Assembly: GCA_000004695.1 (NCBI GenBank)
Contig: CM000153.2
Coordinates: 1,504,001-1,568,000 of the forward strand
Direction of reading: 5' to 3'
Source: Dictyostelium discoideum
Taxonomy: Eukaryota
DNA length: 64,000 bases
Under the pieces are notes generated by a model. It did not search any database. It worked only from the letters and a program-made list of their open reading frames with translations, and had not been told where the DNA came from. A program made the translations under genes and the position numbers. This document shows, piece by piece, positions 21,708-34,386 of the stretch (its first letter is position 1; every line of letters begins with the position of its first letter).

Positions 21708-24700
21708 ATGAAGAATATTACAAGATTGTCAGAATTTAATGACTTAATTGTTGATGGTAATGGAGATTTTAAATTATTTTCAATTGATCAACAAAGTAAT
21801 GTAGTATACTTTATAACCGAGAATAATCAATTAATTATTTATTCACCATCAACCAAAAAGGTTTCAATGAGAATTGAATTAGATGAACAAGATATATTAA
21901 GTGAAGGTGCTAAAGTCATCTCAATTCAATTCATTCCTGATTTAGATGCTGTTTGTATGGCTTCAAATAAAGGTGATATTTTAATGTATTCAACTTCAAA
22001 TGGTGAAGTAAGTAAAAAAATTAAAAAATAAAAATTAAAAAAAATAAAAATAATTAAATATATATCTGACCCCCCCCCCCCCCCCCTTTACCAATTTTTT
22101 TATTTTTTATTTTTTTATAGCTTGAATGTGTTGGTATTATTGGATCTGGTATTACATGTATGTCATGGAGTCCAGATTATGAATTATTTATTTTGGCAAC
22201 AGAGAGTGAAACACTTATTCAAATGACAAAAGATTGGGAAATGATTAATGAAGTTTCAATTAATTCATATTTACCAGGTAAACCAAAAACAGCAACAACA
22301 ACAACTAATAATAATAATTCAAAAAATATAAATAAAATACCAATTATAACATGGAGAGGTGATGGTCAATATTTTGCATGTAGTAGTTATGAAGAGGATA
22401 TTGGTAAAATTCAATTAAGAATTTGGGAAAGATCATTACAATTACATAGTATGAATGAATCAGATGTTACAGGATTAGAGAATCAAATTTCATGGAGACC
22501 AAATGGTTCAATGATTGCAGTTAGTCAAAGATTAGAACAAACCAGACATGATATATCATTCTTTGAAAGAAATGGTTTAAAACATGGTGAATTTACATTA
22601 AGAAGTAAAGGTGAAATTCAATCGATTCAATGGTCAAGTGATTCAGAGATTTTAGGTATTCAATTATATTTAGAGGATGAAAAAAGATCAGTATTACAAT
22701 TATGGCATCGTAGTAATTATTATTGGTTTTTAAAACAAGAGATTCAATGCGGTGATAGTAATAATAATAATACTAATGAAAGAATTGTAAATATTCAATG
22801 GGATTTATCATCACCAATTGTTCGTGTATTAACACAAATTGGTCGTTTTAGTGAATATCGTCTTTGTTGGGATTATGATGTTTCTCAAGGTTCAAGTGAA
22901 AATAATCCAACCACTGTTGTAATGGTAGATGGTAATCAATTGAAATTGACACCATTCCGTCGTTTGGTTGTCCCACCACCAATGTCGGCCTACTCTATTG
23001 AACTACCTGATAGATTGAATTGTTTGGGTTTTTCATTCAATCAAAGTACCTATCAATTATCAGTAATGGTCGATCAATCTATACTCATTTATACACCAGC
23101 AACACTACCACCAACACCAAAGGCCACACTACCAAAGATTAAATCGGCCAATGGTTTATTAGCACCATTACCATCGGATTTTAAAGCAAACTTACCAAAT
23201 TATTCAATTGCTCCAACATTAACCTCTAGAGTGGTAATTGATAGATCCAAATTACAACTCCACAAAATTCGTCATTTCCTTTGGTTAAACGCCTCAACAT
23301 TCATTGGTGTCGAGAGTAAAACTAATCAAAATTCAGATTCAATCGTTGAGATTGTTTTCAATGTTTCTAGTGGTGAACTCGAGAATATCTATCGTACAAG
23401 TGTTTCAACAAAGATCTTACGTTTAACTCATCATTTACAATCATTGGATCAATGTTTATTTGAAAGTATAGATGGTTATCTTCACCTTTACAATTGTTCA
23501 ACATCAGCATCATCAGGTGGTAATTTAGAACAACCAACTTCAATCTCACCATTCATCTATCAAGAGAATATCTTTAAGTTTCCAACACCATGTCCATGGT
23601 TTTCATCTTGTACAATCAATCAAGAGGATTCAGTCGTTGGTTTAAATGATAGAAATAAACTTTACATCAATCAAAGTTTACTTTGCACAGATTGTAATTC
23701 ATTTGCACTTCACAATAAATTCCTATTGTTCACCACAGTATCACATGTACTTAGATCAGTATCATTATTAGCACCACCACCAACTCAACCATTAACCTAC
23801 GTCCCAGTTTCAAATGTAATTGGTAATTATGTCGGTCATAAATCGCAAGCATTACAACAGCAATCGAATTACGATGATTCAATCAGAGATGTTGAAAGAG
23901 GTTCACGTATCGTTGCAGTTGTACCACACGATACTCGTTTAGTACTTCAAATGCCAAGAGGTAATTTAGAGGCCATTTCACCACGTTCACTCACTTTAGC
24001 AACCATTCGTGAAATGATTAACAACCATCAATACCTTTCTGCCTTCTTAACAATGCGTAGAAATCGTATCGATATGAACTTTATTTACGATCATAATCCA
24101 ACCGATTTCATTCGTCATATTGAAGAGTTTGTTGACCAAATTCAACAAATCGACTATTTAAATCTTTTCATCTCTTCATTACGTGATGAAGATACCACCA
24201 AAACCCTATTCATTGATTTAGAGACTAAACATTTATTACCACCAACCAATGTGGTTAAACCATCCTCCATCGTTGTTGGTAAGGTTAATTTAGTATGTGA
24301 CTCATTGCGTAAGGTATTTATGGAGAAGGATTCAATCAAATTCAATTTACCAATCCTTACAACCTATGTAAAGAAATCACCACCTGAATTGGATCAAGTC
24401 TTACGTTTAATTCAATCATTACGTGGTGAAGAAATCAATGAACAAGGTGAAACCATCGTTAATCGTTTGGCAGAGGAATCATTAGATTACATTGTTTTCT
24501 TGGTTGATGTTAATAAACTCTACGATATTGCTTTGGGTACATACGATTTTGAATTGGTGATTATGGTTGCTCAAAAATCTCAAAAAGATCCAAAAGAATA
24601 TATCCCATTCCTTCAAGAACTTCAAAAGATGGAGAAATTCTATCAACGTTATTCAATCGATAAATATTTATCACGTTGGGAATTAGCACTTTATAATCTT

Positions 24701-25993
24701 TCAAGAGCTGGTAAAAAATATCAACAAGATTGTTTAGATTTAATTATTTCAAATAAAATTTATAAAGAAGCATTAGTTAATTATGGTGGTAGTGCTGCCG
24801 ATAGTGACGATAATTTAATTGAAGAAAAAGATGAAATGTTTAAAAAAGTTTTAAATATTTATGGTGATTATTTATTAGAATCTAATCAATTTGAAGATGC
24901 CGCCTATTTATTCTTACAAGCCAATCAAGAAAAGAAATCAATCAATGCATTTAGAGATGCAGGTTTATGGGAAAATGCAATCTCTCAAGCCAATAAATTA
25001 TCCTATACAAAGGAACAATTGAATCAATTGGTCATTGAATTATCGGAAATCTTAAAACGTAATTCAAAATTCCAACAAGCTGCTCAATGTTTAGAGAAAT
25101 TCCAACTTATTGATCAAGCAATTCATATGTATTGTGAAGGTTATTATTTTAATGAAGCATTATTATTGTCATCATCATCATCATCATCTAATCAAGAAGA
25201 AGAACAACAAATTAAAATTAAAAAATCATTATTAGATTCATTATCAAATCAAATTAATGAAATTAATAATAATTTTGAAAAATATGAAAAGATGTCAACT
25301 AGAATTGTAATTGTTCGTACAAATAAATTAAATTATGTACCATTGTTATTACCAAGAGGTCAAGGTGATTTTGAAACTGGTTCAATGATGTCTGGTATGA
25401 GTGGTATGTTTAGTGAAGGTGGTATGTCAGTTAATAGTGCTCTATCGAATGTTACTACCTCTTCTTATGTTTCAACTTATTCTCAACAAACTGGAACCTT
25501 TTCAACCGCTACTAAAACTCGTTTAAAAAAGAAAGATAAGAAGCAAAAACCTCAAAAAGTTCGTATCACCGGTAAAGAAGGTTCACCATATGAAGAGGAT
25601 TATTTAGTTGATCAAATGAAGAAATTAATTCCTTCCTCATCTCAACAAGAATCAATTGGTCGTATCATTAAAGGTTTGGTTCTTTTAGGTCTCTTTAATG
25701 ATGCTCGTCAATTATCAACTCTTTATCAAAAATATTTAAATCTTATCGATTCTTCTTTAGATGATTTATCTGCTTCTGCTACTGCTATCTTACCAGAAAA
25801 TAAAAAAGAAAAAGAAAGAGAACAAAGATTACAATTAGAACAATTAGAAGAACAACAACAACAACAACAATCACAACAACAACAACAACAACAACAAACT
25901 TCAACTACTTCTAATAATAAGATTATAACATTAAATATTAAACAAGTAGTAGTTTCAAGAGATAAACCAAATTGGAATTTAACAATTTTTTAA
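21708..25993 (+). CDS. elp1: Elongator complex protein 1 (Elp1 / IKI3 / IKAP). Two exons: 21708-22007 and 22121-25993.
   Basis: Exon 1 ends ...STSNGE at a GTAAGT donor. Exon 2 begins after ttttttatag with LECVGIIGSGITCMSWSPDYELFILATESETLIQMTKDWE. This matches the conserved Elp1 N-terminus (human: [42 protein letters not shown]). The long C-terminal TPR-like region is consistent with Elp1. Confidence 0.9.
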
Positions 25994-26926
25994 ACAAATA
26001 AATAAAATAAATAATTAAAAAAAAAAATAATAATAACCTCGTCCCAATTCGGGATATGTTCTTGTTTTAATTTTTATTTATGTATTTTTGTTTGTATTAT
26101 TTTTTTATTTATATTAATATAATTAGTGTTGAACGAGTAGTAATGAATTAGATGTTCAGGTGCATAAGTTTTCATTAACTCAGAGTTCCACACACATAGA
26201 TAAATTTTTCTAAATATTTTAATTATTTCTGTGTTTTCTCTAATTGAGGATCTTTAATCTGCATTATTCAAAGATGATCAAAAAAATATTGATGGTTTTG
26301 GAACACATTTCTCTACACCAATTTACATCCATCAAATTAACTATTATAAATTGATTTGAATTTATCATATAATCTTTTTAAGATTCTGAAAAAAAAAAAA
26401 AAATTTTTTTGTTATTATAGATATTAAAATTTCGACGTTAAGGCGATTAAAAGTAATTCATGAGGAGGTGGTTCTGGCAGCTTTTTTTTAATTATATTTT
26501 TTTTTCTATGCAACACCCCTTTTTGTTATAACACCCTATGGGGTTTAATTTATTTTTTTTTTTTTTTTTTTTATTTTATTTTATGTGGTTTATATTAAAA
26601 AGATATTTCTGTTTACCACACTTCTAAATTAATTCGATTTAGGAAAGTTTTAATAAAAAAATTAAAATTTAAATTACTTAGGATTTAATTAAAAAAAAAA
26701 AGAAAAAAAATAAAAAAAAAAGAAAAAAAAAGGATATATCTGATATAACCAAAATTAAAAAAAAAAAAATAAAGGATATTAAACTATTTTCTCTCTAATA
26801 TTTGTATTTTTTTTTCTATTTTTTTTTTTTTTTTTTTTTTAAAATTCTTTTCTTTACTTAATTTCCAAAAATTATTAATAAATTATCAATTGAGATAATG
26901 GAATTATTATACCAAAATTAATTATA

Positions 26927-26961
<35 letters not shown>

Positions 26962-26964
<3 letters not shown>

Positions 26965-28138
26965 AATCTTCTATATTTTAGGATTTTCATATTATTTTTT
27001 ATTTTAATATTAGTATTAAATACTAATGGTCAAATTAATAATAAACCAATTTTAAGATTTAAAAAAGATAAAACTTTTAAAATTGTTCAATTTACTGATA
27101 TGCATTATGGATCAGGTTCTCAAAAAGATATTGATACTGTAGAAATGCAAGGTAAATATTTATATCTAAATTTTATTTTTAAATAAAAATAAATTAATTA
27201 ATAATTGATATTATTTTTAAAATTAAGAAAATGTTTTGGAAATTGAAAAACCAGATTTTGTTATGTTTTCAGGTGATATGATATCTGGATATTTACCAAT
27301 ATTTTCATTAGATATAAGATTTTATGATTATTATTGGGAGAAATTTACAGCGCCATTAATAAAAAGAAATATACCCTGGGCAATTACAATGGGTAATCAT
27401 GATGCACAGGGACCATTGATTTCATCAGATTTAGTAGTGAAAGATCAACAATTTCAATTATCATTATCTCAATTAGGTCCAAATGGAATTCATGGTGCTT
27501 CAAATTACTATTTAAATGTTTTTTCATCGGATTACAATGAAACAACCTCTGAAAATCCATTATCGGATAGGGATAAATATATATCATCATTGATTTATAT
27601 TTTCGATTCTGATACTAAACAATGTAATAAATTAGATTGGGGTTGTGTTCATGAGGATCAAGTAGACTGGTTTAAAAATGTATCAAAATCAAATAATAGA
27701 AAGAATTCTGTATCATTTATTCATATACCTCCAATTGAAGTTATTGATCTTTGGAATCGTCATGATAAAGTTTACGGTTCATTCGATGAGAAATCTTGTT
27801 GTTTTAATAATAAAAAATCAAGATTTGTAAAAGCATTATTGGAAAATAAAGATGTTAAAGGATTATATTTTGGACATGACCATAAAAATGATTTTCATGG
27901 TGATTATCATGGAATGGATATGGGATATGGTAGAAAATCAGGTGCTGGATCATATAGCTCAGAGAAACCATTAGGTGCCAGAGTCATTGAATTAACTGAA
28001 AATCCATTCACATTAAATACCTGGATAAGAGAAACAAATGGAAATAAAATTATACAAACCAAACCTCATAAAAAACGTCATTATAGTTATGGATGTAGTT
28101 TAAAAAATAGTAATTATAAATTTAATATCAAATTATAA
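26962..28138 (+). CDS. Secreted calcineurin-like metallophosphoesterase (Dcr2 / purple-acid-phosphatase-like). Exons 26962-27151 and 27228-28138. A probable third exon 28223-28422 would add a transmembrane anchor (see findings).
   Basis: Signal peptide MNLLYFRIFILFFILILVLNTNG. Metallophosphoesterase motifs are present in order: D-x-H (FTDMHYG), GD-x-x (FSGDMISGY), GNHD (ITMGNHDAQ), then ..H (FIHIPP) and GHDH. The 76-bp intron has a GTAAAT donor and a ttaag acceptor in phase 1. Confidence 0.75.
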
Positions 28139-28184
28139 ATTAAATTAACCAAACTATATCAACCAAACTAATTTTATTAATTTT

Positions 28185-28215
<31 letters not shown>

Positions 28216-28511
28216 CTCCCAGAATATTCGACCAACCAAATTATTTTAATCATTTCATTTTCAGTTACATCATGTATAGTATTTTTCTCACTTATTATAT
28301 TATCATTTATTATTTTTAAAAAGTTTAAAAAAGGAAATGATAAAAAATTGAATAAATCAAATGACAATGCATTTAATAATAATAATGATATTAATAATAA
28401 TAACAAAGTTAATTCTCAATAATATTTTTGTAGAAATGTAAATAATTAATAGTTTAAAAAAATAATAAATAGTTTGTATTTTATTTGTTTATTTTGTTTT
28501 GTTTTTTGTTT

Positions 28512-29425
28512 TCAAATTGATTTTTCAACTTTATCAATTATATTTGTGGATTCTATTATAGTACATTCATTTACAGTTTTTAAGTTTAAGCTATTCATCT
28601 TATCCAATAAAGATTTGTTTATACAAAGATTATTGTTATTATTATTGTTATTGTTGTTGTCAGAGTTTATAGTATTTGATAATTTTGATTTTAAAACTTG
28701 ATAATTGTATTCTAAAACTTTTCTTTTTTGATTAATATCCGCTATACTTTCAATATTCTTTGAATCTGTCTTTAAATTGGTATTTATTGATTGTAATAAT
28801 TTTATATCTTGTTTTGTTGTTTGTATTTTATTTTTAATTTGATCATTTTCATTTATTAATTTTTGAATATTAACTCTTAAATCTTCCATCTCTTTATCAA
28901 TAATATTTGATTTATTATATAATTTTGAATTATTATTATTATTACTATGACTATTATTATTATCACTATTATTTTTATTTCTATTATTATTATTATTAAA
29001 AATATTAATTGGTTGTTGTTCATCTGGTAATATTAAATCCTCTGGTATATTTAAAATTGATGATAATAGATATTCTTCATATTTATTTAAATTTTTTGTA
29101 AAAATTTGTTCAAGTAATTCCCAAACATTATTAGTTCCCTAGATAAATTATTAAAAAAAAAAAAAAAAAGTTGGTAAATAAATAATAAAGTTAATTTAAT
29201 ATATATATATATATATATACCTCTTGTATTAATTGTTTAAATTCTTGATTATTATTAAATAAAGGATGGCCTAATAAACAACTTTCAATGAAATCTGCGC
29301 TATCTGCACAATAGTCGTGTGTTGATTCATGAACGTCATCAATGAAACTATATGGGTGAAATTTAAAAAAGTCTGCTTCTCGCTTTAAATGATTTTCATC
29401 ATATAATAAACTATCTTCGTTATTA

Positions 29426-29501
<76 letters not shown>

Positions 29502-29541
29502 CTTTTAATTCTTTATCTTTATTATCATTATTTTCATTCAT
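28512..29541 (-). CDS. Mis12-like kinetochore protein. Two exons on the minus strand: 29221-29541 and 28512-29138.
   Basis: The N-terminal region EADFFKFHPYSFIDDVHESTHDYCADSADFIESCLLGHP resembles the Mis12 signature (human [27 protein letters not shown]...). The second exon starts ...LNIPEDLILPDEQQ (compare human ILRIPSNILLPEDK), followed by a coiled-coil. The intron 29139-29220 has a GTATAT donor with (AT)n and a ttatctag acceptor in phase 0. It joins the two ORF-track pieces 29191-29541 and 28512-28889 in frame. Confidence 0.55.
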
Positions 29542-29587
29542 TTTCTATTATTTGTTGTGATAAACGTTGAAATAAATTTGGAATTAA

Positions 29588-29618
<31 letters not shown>

Positions 29619-29911
29619 TGAAAAAAAAAAAAAAAAAAGGAGGGAAAAAATAAAATTGATCATGGAATATCAATGTTTAAAATTGTGATAAAAATACAAA
29701 TTTATTAATTATTATAATTTACAAATGAATTGGTTTTAGTTTTTTTTATATTATTATTATTGTTGTTTTGAAGGTTATTAATATTACTCCCCTTTTCTTT
29801 TCTCTCTATCTGTCTGTCTCTATTATTATTATTATCATTATTATTCATTATTATTTATTATTTATTATTTATTATTTATTATTTATTATAAAATTGGTTT
29901 AGTAAAATAAA

Positions 29912-30350
29912 CTACCTAAATTCATAAATTGGAAAACAATTTTCAACATCATGAAATAACTCTAAAGATTGAAATTGTTCACTTGAGACATGATAATAGT
30001 AACCTTTAATTGAACCAGTGGAACGCTGATAAGAGATATAATAGAATCCCTCATAGGAAGCACCTTCAATGGTTCTTACACGATGGTCAGGTACTAGAAA
30101 GTACTCTTTCCAACGCATGAATAAATGATCACTATTACTGAAATCTGGTTTGAATTCGTCCTTATTGAATTTATGTGAATATTCTTTTTGAAATGCTGGG
30201 AATCTCGACCAATGTTTATAATCAACTTCTACATCTGCATCCCATTTTCTCGTTAAAAATGAATATTTATCTCCAACTATTTCTGCTTCAAAAAATGTTG
30301 TTAAAACTGGATATTTCTGTTATAATAACAATAATAATAATAATAATAAT

Positions 30351-30396
<46 letters not shown>

Positions 30397-30743
30397 TTAA
30401 TATTAATAAAGGTATTTCTAAATTTATAATTATATATATAATATAAATATATTACCTCTGTCAATCCTGATATTGTTAAATAACCTGATAATATTGAATT
30501 TTTAAAATCGACATTTTTAATATCTACATGAACTGGATATGATGTTCTTTCACTTTTTTGAACTCCTGAGAAACGACTATATAAAATATATATAAAAATA
30601 ATATTAGTATATATATTTTTATTTATTATTACTATTATTTATTATTTATAATTTTTATTTTAATTTACCTTCCGGGATACAACGCAAATTTGATTTGGTC
30701 ATAGTCCTTTAATTCTTCAACTGCCACTTTTTTAAAAATAAAC
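29912..30743 (-). CDS. GID4 / Vid24 homolog, the substrate receptor of the GID/CTLH E3 ligase. Exons resolved on the minus strand: 30669-30743 (start uncertain), 30456-30576, 29912-30316.
   Basis: The translation ...FALYPGS|RFSGVQKSERTSYPVHVDIKNVDFKNSILSGYLTISGLTE|KYPVLTTFFEAEIVGDKYSFLTRKWDADVEVDYKHWSRFPAFQ...LFMRWKEYFLVPDHRVRTIEGASYEGFYYISYQRSTGSIKGYYYHVSSEQFQSLELF...IYEFR* is colinear with human GID4 (SLLYSGSKFRGHQKS...GLTEEYPTLTTFFEGEII...FMRWKEQFLVPDH...GFYYICFQKS...GYYYHRSSEWYQSL...PIYEFR). Introns are 30577-30668 (GTAAAT donor) and 30317-30455 (GTAATA donor, holding an (AAT)n repeat). The initiator Met is not resolved (see finding). Confidence 0.8.
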
Positions 30744-30902
30744 CTTTGTGTTCATAAAATATATTTATGATATGAACACCTGATTTCTCTTTGAGTTTTA
30801 TTTTTTATTTTTGAAAAAAAAAAAAAAAAAATATATGTAAAATATAAAAATTAATTAGAAAAAAAAAAAATTTTTAAATAAAAAGATTTTAAATTCCCTT
30901 TT

Positions 30903-30936
<34 letters not shown>

Positions 30937-30960
30937 TTAAAAAAAGATATTTCACCTTAA

Positions 30961-31004
<44 letters not shown>

Positions 31005-31646
31005 GTGTTAATTTTTTTTTAAATTTTTTTTAAATTTTTTTTTTTATTTGGGAAGGTGAACGTTTTTTTTTTTCTAATTAATTTTTTTTTTTTTTTTTAT
31101 TTTTTTTATTTTTTTTTACGTGAGGCTTTTTTTTTTTTTAAAAAAAAAAATTTTTTCCTTTTTTTTTTCTTTTTTTTTTTTTTTACACGATATCATTGTC
31201 AATATAAAGGTAGGAAGAACTTATATGTTTTTATTTCTATTTTTATTAATTTTTTTTTTTTTTTTATTTTATTTTATTATTAAATTGAACATAAAAAACA
31301 AAAAAAAATAATAAAAAAAAAAAATAATAAAAATAAAATAAAATTATAAATAAATAATATCAATTACCAAAAAAGAAAATTACGATTTCTTCAAACACAC
31401 ACAAAACACACACCCACAAAACACACAATGAAATTATATTTAAAATTTTAATAATATTATTTGAAAAAGATATCTTTTCTTTTTCTTAAATACCCAATTC
31501 TCAACCATTTACCAAAATTAAAAAAAAATAAAAAAATAAAAATTTTTTTTTTTTTAAAAAAAAATCACTCACACATAATATTATTTTTCCTTTTTTAAAA
31601 TAAAATAAAATATTAATACTTAAATTATTTTAATTAAAAACAGAAA

Positions 31647-32451
31647 ATGCCTTCATTCGCTGATTTAACTACTGAAAACGGTCTTGTCGAATTAAACAAA
31701 TTTGTCAGTGACAAAACTTACATTGTTGGGTAAATATTAATTTTTAGGGAAATGAAAAATATTAAATTGATTAAATGATGATTAGAAAAAAAAAAAAAAA
31801 CAAAGAAAGAAAGGGAGAGAGAATAAACATTAGATTAAACATTAGAATAATATATTAATCAAATTATTTATTATTTATTATAGTTTTGTTCCATCAAGTG
31901 CTGATGTCCAAGCCTTCAACTTAGTTAAAACCGCACCATGTGCCACTAAATACCCACATGCTGCCAGATGGTTCAATACCATTGCCTCATACAGTGCTGC
32001 CGAACAAGGTCAATTCGAAAAAGTTACCGAAACCGTCACTATTGCCGCCCCAGCTGCACCAAAAGCTGATGATGACGTTGATCTCTTTGGTTCCGATGAT
32101 GAAGATGATGAAGAATACGAAAGACAATTAGAAGAAAGACGTAAGAAAGCTATGGAACACAAAAAACCAAAGGAAACCGTCATTGCTAAATCTTCAATTC
32201 TCTTGGATGTTAAGCCATGGGATGATGAAACCGATATGGTCGAATTAGAAAAATGCGTTCGTTCAATTGAAATGGACGGTTTAGTCTGGGGTGCCTCAAA
32301 ACTCGTTGCCGTTGGTTATGGTATCAAAAAGTTAGTCATCAATTTAGTCGTCGAAGATCTTAAAGTTTCAACCGATGAATTAGAAGAAAAAATTAAAGAT
32401 TTCGAAGATTACGTCCAATCCGTTGATGTTGCTGCTTTCAATAAAATCTAA
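31647..32451 (+). CDS. efa1B: Translation elongation factor 1-beta (eEF1B-alpha). Two exons: 31647-31729 and 31884-32451.
   Basis: Exon 1 reads [28 protein letters not shown], with a GTAAAT donor in phase 2. Exon 2 follows ttattatag and reads [14 protein letters not shown]...[16 protein letters not shown]...[49 protein letters not shown]...[14 protein letters not shown]. It is near-colinear with human EEF1B2 ([51 protein letters not shown]...[14 protein letters not shown]). Confidence 0.92.
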
Positions 32452-32746
32452 ATTGTTTGTTTTTTTTTAAAAAGACAACAAAAATTATATTATAATAACC
32501 TTTTTTTCCAATAAATATGTTGTTTTGTAAAGAAATTAAATTATTATTATTATTTTCATTTTTAATTATTAAAATTGTTGTATCTTTAGGGGGAATTTCC
32601 CATTTTTTTTTTTTTTTATTTTATTTTTTTTTTTATTTTATTTTTTTTTTTCCTATTTTTAATTTTTTTATTTTTGTTTTAACCACCCAAAATAAAAATA
32701 ATAATAAAGTAGTGGTTTAATTTTTTTTTTTTTTTTTTCAATAATA

Positions 32747-33214
32747 ATGAATTCTAAAATTAATTTAATAATTGTAAAAGAAAAGGAAGAACAATTTAAA
32801 ATATTAGAAATAATAAAAAAAGAAGGATCAAAGTTTTCTCAATTAGAGAGAGCTGAAAATGAAATAAAAATTGGTTTATCAATTTGGTTTGTTGATGATA
32901 TTAAATCACCACAATTTATAATATCATTTGAATTATTAGATGCTTTAATAAAAATTTATTCAAATGGTAATATTGAAATTGCAAAAACTTGTTTAAGTTC
33001 AATTGATTGGAGAATTGGTTTCTTTTTAAATTTTCCTGATATTGATAAAAATGAATTATTAAATAAAACTAATCATAATGGTGCTATAAAATATCATTTT
33101 CAAAATAAAATGTAAATAAATAAATTAAATTAATTATATAAATAAATAAATAAATAAAATATTAATTAAATTATTTTATTTTAATTTTTATTTTATTCTT
33201 TTATAATAATAATA

Positions 33215-33251
<37 letters not shown>

Positions 33252-33854
33252 GAAAAATTAACATTTATTGAAACTCCAAATAAAGAAATTGTAAAAATAA
33301 TTAAAAAAATATTAACAAAATATAAATTTAAAGTTTTTGTAAGTATAGAATATTCAGAATATGTATTAAAAATTGAAAATGAAGATAAATTAAATGAAAA
33401 GATAAAAGAGTTGGAAATGAATTTAGATGGTAATGAAATTATATTAAATTATGATGATATTGAATTTGCAAATTCATTTTGGATATATAAAGGTCAATTC
33501 TCAACTGAAGAATTTAAATGGAGTTCTGATAATGGTTTAGCATTTGGTTATAAAGCTAATGGTGGTGGTAGTGATGGTGATGGTAATAGTGATGGTGATG
33601 GAAAATTAATATGTTGGAATTTAATAAAATCTGATGGGAAAACTGTACATTTATTCACTTTACCTGAATTTAGGGGAAAAGGGTATGCTTTAAAAGTGAA
33701 ATCAAAAACTTTAATTTCAATTTTAAAAAATAATTTAATACCTTTATCTTATATTAGTGAAGATAATACAGCTTCTCAAAATTTAAGTTTAAAATTAGGT
33801 TTTAAAAAAACATTATCAGTTCAATCAATTGAAGCTCAATTAAATGATATTTAA
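32747..33854 (+). CDS. GNAT-like N-acyltransferase family protein. Putative two-exon gene: 32747-33111 and 33251-33854. The junction is uncertain.
   Basis: The C-terminal ORF contains an acetyl-CoA-binding GNAT motif A: HLFTLPEFRGKGYALKV. The frame of ORF 33411-33854 stays open upstream to 33219 (..SEKLTFIETPNKEIVKIIKK...). It can be joined in phase 2 to ORF 32747-33115, whose last codons overlap a GTAAAT donor at 33112. The proposed acceptor sits at the end of a ~40-nt A run, which is atypical, so the two ORFs could instead be separate genes. Confidence 0.4.
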
Positions 33855-33969
33855 AAATAAAAATATTATTGTTTTTATTAAAAAAAAAAAAAATATAAAA
33901 AAAATAAAAAATAATAATTAATTTCTTTTTATCACATTGAAAGTGAATTGAATTGAATTAATTTTATTG

Positions 33970-34003
<34 letters not shown>

Positions 34004-34218
34004 AATTTTTTTTTTTTTTAGATTTATAGTGTGGTTTGGGTTTCTTAATTATTATAATTTTTTTTTTTTTTTTTTGTGATAATCAAAAAAATTTTAAAAT
34101 AAACACGAGTGTGGTTTAAAATAAAAATAAAATAATTAAAAAAAAAAAATTATTTAAAAAAAATAAAAAAAAAAAAAAAAAATAAAATTGATTTTTTTTT
34201 TTTAATTTGGTTTAAGGG

Positions 34219-34275
<57 letters not shown>

Positions 34276-34386
34276 TAAAACCCCCCCAAAAATAAAAAAA
34301 ATAACTGTATCGTTAAAAATAAATAAATATAAAAAGTCAAAAAAGTTGTTGTATTATAAAAAAAAATCAAAAAAAAATCAAAAGAA

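Noticed and set aside
26030-26055. Small hairpin tcccaattcggga right after the elp1 stop
   Set aside because: It is only a 4-bp stem. Eukaryotic 3' ends do not use rho-independent terminators, so it is not meaningful on its own.
28140-28406. 88-aa minus-strand ORF with a K-run
   Set aside because: It is antisense to the proposed third exon and T-rich intron of the metallophosphoesterase. The poly-K is just the intron's T18 tract.
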